Shown piece by piece: positions 58,267-64,000 of a stretch of 64,000 nt of DNA (positions are counted from its first letter, which is position 1; the number at the start of each line of letters is the position of its first letter). The DNA is taken from positions 31,930,001 to 31,994,000 of the forward strand of contig OZ024749.1 of NCBI GenBank assembly GCA_964016885.1, in the 5' to 3' direction. Source of the stretch: Eledone cirrhosa (taxonomy: Eukaryota). The position numbers and the translations under genes were made by a program. Below the pieces are notes generated by a model. That model was not told the DNA's origin. It was given only the letters and a program-made list of their open reading frames with translations, and ran no database searches.

Positions 58267-59575
58267 TAGATATATATATTGTTATACTTTGGGAGGGTCA
58301 TGTTGCCGATAAGAAACACACGCACCAGTTGCTTTCACTTCAATTTATTATAATAAATTTATAAATTCAGGAATTTATAAATTTCCGGTTGGTTGGTTGG
58401 TTCCACAACCAGATGGTTGTTTATATATTGTCAAAGTTCTTTCGTCACACATTCTGTGACCTCTTCAGTGACTGGGGATTCTTTTCTTTGCTTTTGTGCC
58501 TCTCCTTTGTTCTGTCCTATGCCATCTTGTTTCTGTGTGTGTGTTGTGTGCTCAGTCTGCGCATGCGCCACATCCGGGTGTCTGTGTGTGTTTGTATTCG
58601 TTTATTTATTTGTTTATTTACATGTTACAGGCTGGTTGTTTGTTCTATGTGCGTGTGTGTTTTCATTTTGTCCTTAATTGTAAGTTGTGATGTTGCTGTT
58701 CCACTCATGTTTTTTATTTAATGTTGGTTGTAATTCTTTTATGTTTATTGCCTCTGTGATTTGTCTAAACATTGCGTCTTTTCTGTGTGTAGATTCTATT
58801 TTTATTTCTATGTTCTCTAATTTACCCTTATGTTCTATTTTATATATATATATATAACTAATTTATATATATATATATATAACTTATATAAGTTATATAT
58901 ATATATATATATAACTAATAATAATTTGAAAGGGGTTACCTTCTAAGTATAATATCTGACAGATCAAACTCATTAGTAAGCTAGTGTTCCAGCTTCTTGA
59001 GAGATAGAGAGGAGGAGGAGAGAAAGGAAGATAGAGAGAATGAGAGGGTGTAAGCTAACTAAACGACAGAGAGAGAGAGGGGGTGAAACGTAGGCTAAAT
59101 AAACGACAAAGGGGGAGTGAGAGGAGATGTAAGCTAAATAAAGGGCAGAGAGAGAGAGAAGGAGGGGGAGGAGAAGGAAGTGTAGACTAAATAAACAACA
59201 GAGAGAGAAAGAGAGTGAGAGATAGAGAGTGAAAGGGTTGGGAGATGGAGATATAGGCTAAATAAACGGCAGAGAGGGGGAGAAAGAGGGAGATAGGGAG
59301 ACAGAGGGGGGGGGGATAGAGAGAGAGAAAGAGTGAAAGAAAGGTAGGAGAGAGGGGGAGAGAGGGAGAGAACGGGAGAGAGGGAGACAGATTGAGGGAA
59401 GAGGATGTAGTCTAAATGAACGTCAGAAAGAGGGAGATGGAGAAAGAGAGAGATAGAGAGAGAAAGAGAGAGAGATAGGGAGAGGCGGAGAGAGGGAGAC
59501 ACGAGGAGAGAACGAGATGTAGTCTAAATCAACGGCAGAAAGAGGGAGAGAGGGAAACAAAGAGAGAGAAGGGGC

Positions 59576-59630
<55 letters not shown>

Positions 59631-59947
59631 TAGACGTCAGTATTGGACTGGTACTTTATTTATCGACCTCGAAAGCATGAAAGACAAAGGAGACCTCGAA
59701 GGGATCTGAACAAATACCTAGTGGTGTTTAATCCGACACTCAAAGGGCTCTTCTAATTCGTTGCCTTAATGGTCCCAGTATTTCATTGTTATATTTTCAT
59801 CTACATCCGAAGAATCGAAGGCAAATATTGATCTGATTAGAGTTTGAAATCAGAACCTAAAGAGCCATATCTAAATACCATCGGGCATTTTGTTTGTAGC
59901 TATAAAAAGTCTGACAAACAACAACAAAAACATCAATAACAATAAGG

Positions 59948-60165
59948 ATTTCTTATATAGGCACAAGGCCAGTAATTTGGGGGAGGGGGAAGTCGATTAA
60001 ATCGACCCCAATATATTACTGGTGCTTTATTTTATCGACCCCCGTAAGGATGAAAGGCAAAGTTAACCTCGGCCGGATTTGAACTCAAACCGTAGAGGGT
60101 CGTAACTCTATGCTGCAAAGCATGGTGTCCAACCGACCCTCTACTGATACTGCCAATCCACGGCC
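59948..60165 (-). mobile_element. Full-length SINE A copy
   Basis: Core motifs. Confidence 0.85.
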
Positions 60166-60304
60166 CTCATCAATAACAATAATAACAACTACAACAACTA
60201 CAACAGCAACAATAACAAAATTACGAAGACCAACAGTAGCTACGTCAGACACCAACATCAGCAGCAGCACCACAACAACAACAACAACAACTAAAATAGC
60301 AAAT

Positions 60305-61203
60305 ACACCAACCTCCACCACCTCCACTACCACCACCACCACAACCGCCACAACCACCAACCTCCACCACCACCACCTCCACCACTACCACCACCGCCAC
60401 AACCACCAACCCCCACCACCACAACCTCCACTACAACCGCCACAACCACCAACCTCCACCACAACCACCACCACCACCACCACCACCACTACCACCACCA
60501 CCACGACGACCACCACCACCACCACCTCCACCACCACCACAACCGCCACAACAACCAACCTCCACCACCACCACCATCACCACTACCACCACCATCACCA
60601 CCACCAACCACCACCACCACCACCACCACCTCAACCACCAACCTCCACCACCACCACCATCACCACTACCACCACCATCACCACCACCACCAACCACCAC
60701 CACCACCAATCTCCACCACCACCACCACCAACCACCACCACCACCATCACCACCACCACCAACCACCACCACCACCACCGCCACAACCACCAACCTCCAC
60801 CACCACCACCAACCACCACTACCACCACCATCACCACCACCACCAACCACCACCACCACCACCACCACCGCCACAACCACCAACCTCCACCACCACCACC
60901 ATCACCACTACCACCACCATCACCACCACCACCGCCACAACCACCAACCTCCACCACCACCACCAACCACCACTACCACCACCATCACCACCACCACCAA
61001 CCACCACCACCACCACCACCACCACCGCCACAACCACCAACCACCACCACCACCACCATCACCACTACCACCACCATCACCACCACCACCAACAACCACC
61101 ACCAACCTCCACCACCACCACCAACCACCACCACCACCCCCACCACCCCCACCACCACCGCCACAACCACCAACCACCACCACCACCACCACCACCCCCA
61201 CCA
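60305..61203. repeat. (ACC)n-rich degenerate microsatellite
   Basis: Direct reading. Confidence 0.9.
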
Positions 61204-61699
61204 TCTCCGTTGTTTACACACAATTTAATGATTAATGACGTCACGGTTTTATTTCTGCTTTACTATCGTGTATTTAGCCTACATCTCCCTCCCTCTCTCT
61301 CAGTGCCGTGTATTTAGCATACATCTCCCTCTCTCTCCCTCCCTCTCCCTCATTGCCGTGTATTTAGCCTACATCTCCCTCCCTCTCTCTCAGTGCCGTG
61401 TATTTAGCCTACATCTCCCTCTCTCTCCCTCCCTCTCCCTCATTGCCGTGTATTTAGCCTACATCTCACTCTCTACACTTGTCTCCCTCTCTCTGTCGTT
61501 TATTTAGCCTACATCTGCCTCTCCCTTTCTTTCTCTCACTCTCTCTCTCTCTGTCTCTTTCTCTCTCTCTCTCCCTCTTTCTCTCTTTCTCACTCTCTCT
61601 CTGGTAGTTATCACATGTTTGAAGAACGAGAAGGGGATGGACTCCGCCATGTTTAAAATGACCGGAGGACTTTACTTTATTTAAACCTGACTCTGCTAA

Positions 61700-62315
61700 G
61701 ATCTAAATGATTATATCACTGACGGCCTTCCATAACCTTACATGTAACATATACTGTTGAATTACATAAAATAGAATTGAATGAAGATTATAACACTGAC
61801 AACCTTTCATAATATTACTTCTAATATATACTCTAAAATTACACAGGTTGTAGATTATAGCACTGACAACCTTCCTTACTTCCAGCATACACTAGAATTA
61901 CACAGAATGTAGATTCTAGAAGTGACAACCTTCCATACTCTTACCTATAACATATACACAAGAATTACACAGACTGTAGATTATAGCACTGACAATCTTC
62001 CTCACTCTTACTTCCAACATATGCAGCAGAATTACACAGATTGTAATTTAGATTATAGCACTGACAGCCTTCCATACTCTAACTTCCAACATATACACTA
62101 GAATTACACAGGTTGTAGATATCACTAGCGACCTTCCATAATCTAACTTCCAACATATACACTAGAATTACACAGAATGTAGGTTATAACACTGACAACC
62201 TTCCATACTCTAACTTCCAACATATACAACTGAATCATACAGATTGTAGATTATAACACTGCCGATCTTCCATACACTTACTATTGTATACACTAGATTT
62301 ACACAGAATGTAGAT
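61700..62315. repeat. Diverged ~60-65-bp tandem repeat (~9 units)
   Basis: Recurrent tagattatagcactgacaaccttccatactctaacttccaacatatacactagaattacacag. Confidence 0.8.
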
Positions 62316-62470
62316 TTAATTCTGTTGAACAAAAGAGACTCTGTCGGTTGTTAAATTATTTCAGTTATCAATGCAGCATAACAATTAACTTTAAACTGAT
62401 GTACACTGGCTAAATATTTGAAGTGACATTTCACTGACTTGAAATGAATAAAGCAATCAAAGATGGTGTC

Positions 62471-62510
<40 letters not shown>

Positions 62511-62546
62511 CACATATATGTATATATGTATATATATATACATATA

Positions 62547-62621
<75 letters not shown>

Positions 62622-62808
62622 ATGTATGTATGTATGTATGTATATATATGTGTGTGTGTGTATATATATATAGAGAGAGAGATGTTGACACCTACAAACA
62701 CACATCTATGTATAAACATATACATACACATATACATATATATATATATATGTATGTATACATACACAGACACTTATATATACGTATGTATGTATACATA
62801 TATATATG

Positions 62809-63214
62809 AGAGATGACCCCTTAGACTTTGTCAAGGCAGAATTCTAGGAGAAGGAAATCTCTGATATAACACCTGCAACCCTGATGGTATCCAATGATGT
62901 TGACTTGTTCTTCTTTTTGGTAAATATCATCTTGGTTAAAAGAGTGGGACTGGCTTTGTGCAGTGCCTTTGCTCACTATAAAAGCTTCACAGCACAGGCA
63001 TTGCTTTATATCTGGAGATCTCTCTGCACTTGTCGTCACATGGTACCATGGGCCCAGCACTATGTGTCAATAATTGTCACAAGTGTAGTGTTTGTACCAG
63101 AGTTTTAAAATCGGTGGCTGGACTAAAAAGTCACACTCGTTCAGCGCATTGGTAGGGGTTCTCCTACATGGATATAAAGTAGTGGTCGTACTCGAAAACG
63201 AGTTGGCAGCCACC
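62809..63214 (+). mobile_element. Repeat family C copy 3 (5'-truncated)
   Basis: Matches 30997-31404 and has the same 3' end gagttggcagccacc followed by (TA)n. Confidence 0.85.
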
Positions 63215-63243
63215 ATATATATATATACATAAATATATATGTT

Positions 63244-63303
<60 letters not shown>

Positions 63304-63319
63304 AGTGTGTGTGTGTTTG

Positions 63320-63408
<89 letters not shown>

Positions 63409-64000
63409 CTATATATGTATGTATGTATCTATGTGTATGTACATTGTAGCTGCCGATAACTACCTTTCTATTAAAATATATCAACTCAACTATATGGTTC
63501 AGTGCGTGTTGAGTGTAGTGGTGGTATTGGTGGGGGAAGACAGGGGGCTCCTTGAGTGCAACGTTCCCTCAATACTAAATATACACACCTACACTTTCAC
63601 ACATCTATGATATAGGGAGTTGTTGAAAGTGTCCAGTTAAATGGGATTAGTCTCGTTATCATTATTTGAGCTGGTGTTCAAAATTTAGGAAGAAATCAAT
63701 TGCAAGGTAGATAACTCCTATAGGGGGATGTAAGCAGCAGCAACAACAGCAACAACTACAACAGGAACTGCAGCAGCAACAACTCCAACGCCATCAACAG
63801 CAACATCAACATCACCAAAAAAGCAACAACGCGAACAACACCAACAACAGCACCAACAACAACAACTACCAACAACCACAACGCCAACACCACCGCCAAC
63901 ATCAACAACAGCAACAGCATCAAAAACAACACCACCACCATCACCAAGAACAACAATACTAACGCTAACAACATCACCAACAACAACCATACCAACATCA

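Overview
AT-rich eukaryotic (animal) repeat landscape with no supportable host protein-coding exon. The SINE families and microsatellite load resemble an octopus/coleoid genome; this is inference from recalled repeat sequences, not a search result. Most long ORFs are artefacts of (TA)n, (CA)n, (TAG)n or (ACC)n tracts. Coding remnants are all transposon-derived: a decayed Tx1/L1-like LINE (~300-3690), two Tc1/mariner remnants, R4/Dong-like and RTE-like fragments, and a 5'-truncated Penelope-like element (RT C-terminus + GIY-YIG) with inverted pLTRs (51909-53769). The main hidden signal: most short sequence islands between (TA)n tracts belong to about ten apparently unrelated families of non-coding foldback or tandem elements, each carrying a type I hammerhead ribozyme (HHR) motif. 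I hand-folded more than 20 such motifs. They include U3-A8 core variants, two retrozyme-like tandem units (530 and 629 bp) and a nested stack, and they share one polarity. This suggests a microsatellite-targeting, Penelope-mobilised ribozyme retroelement community. All folds were done by eye, and coordinates may be off by a few bases.
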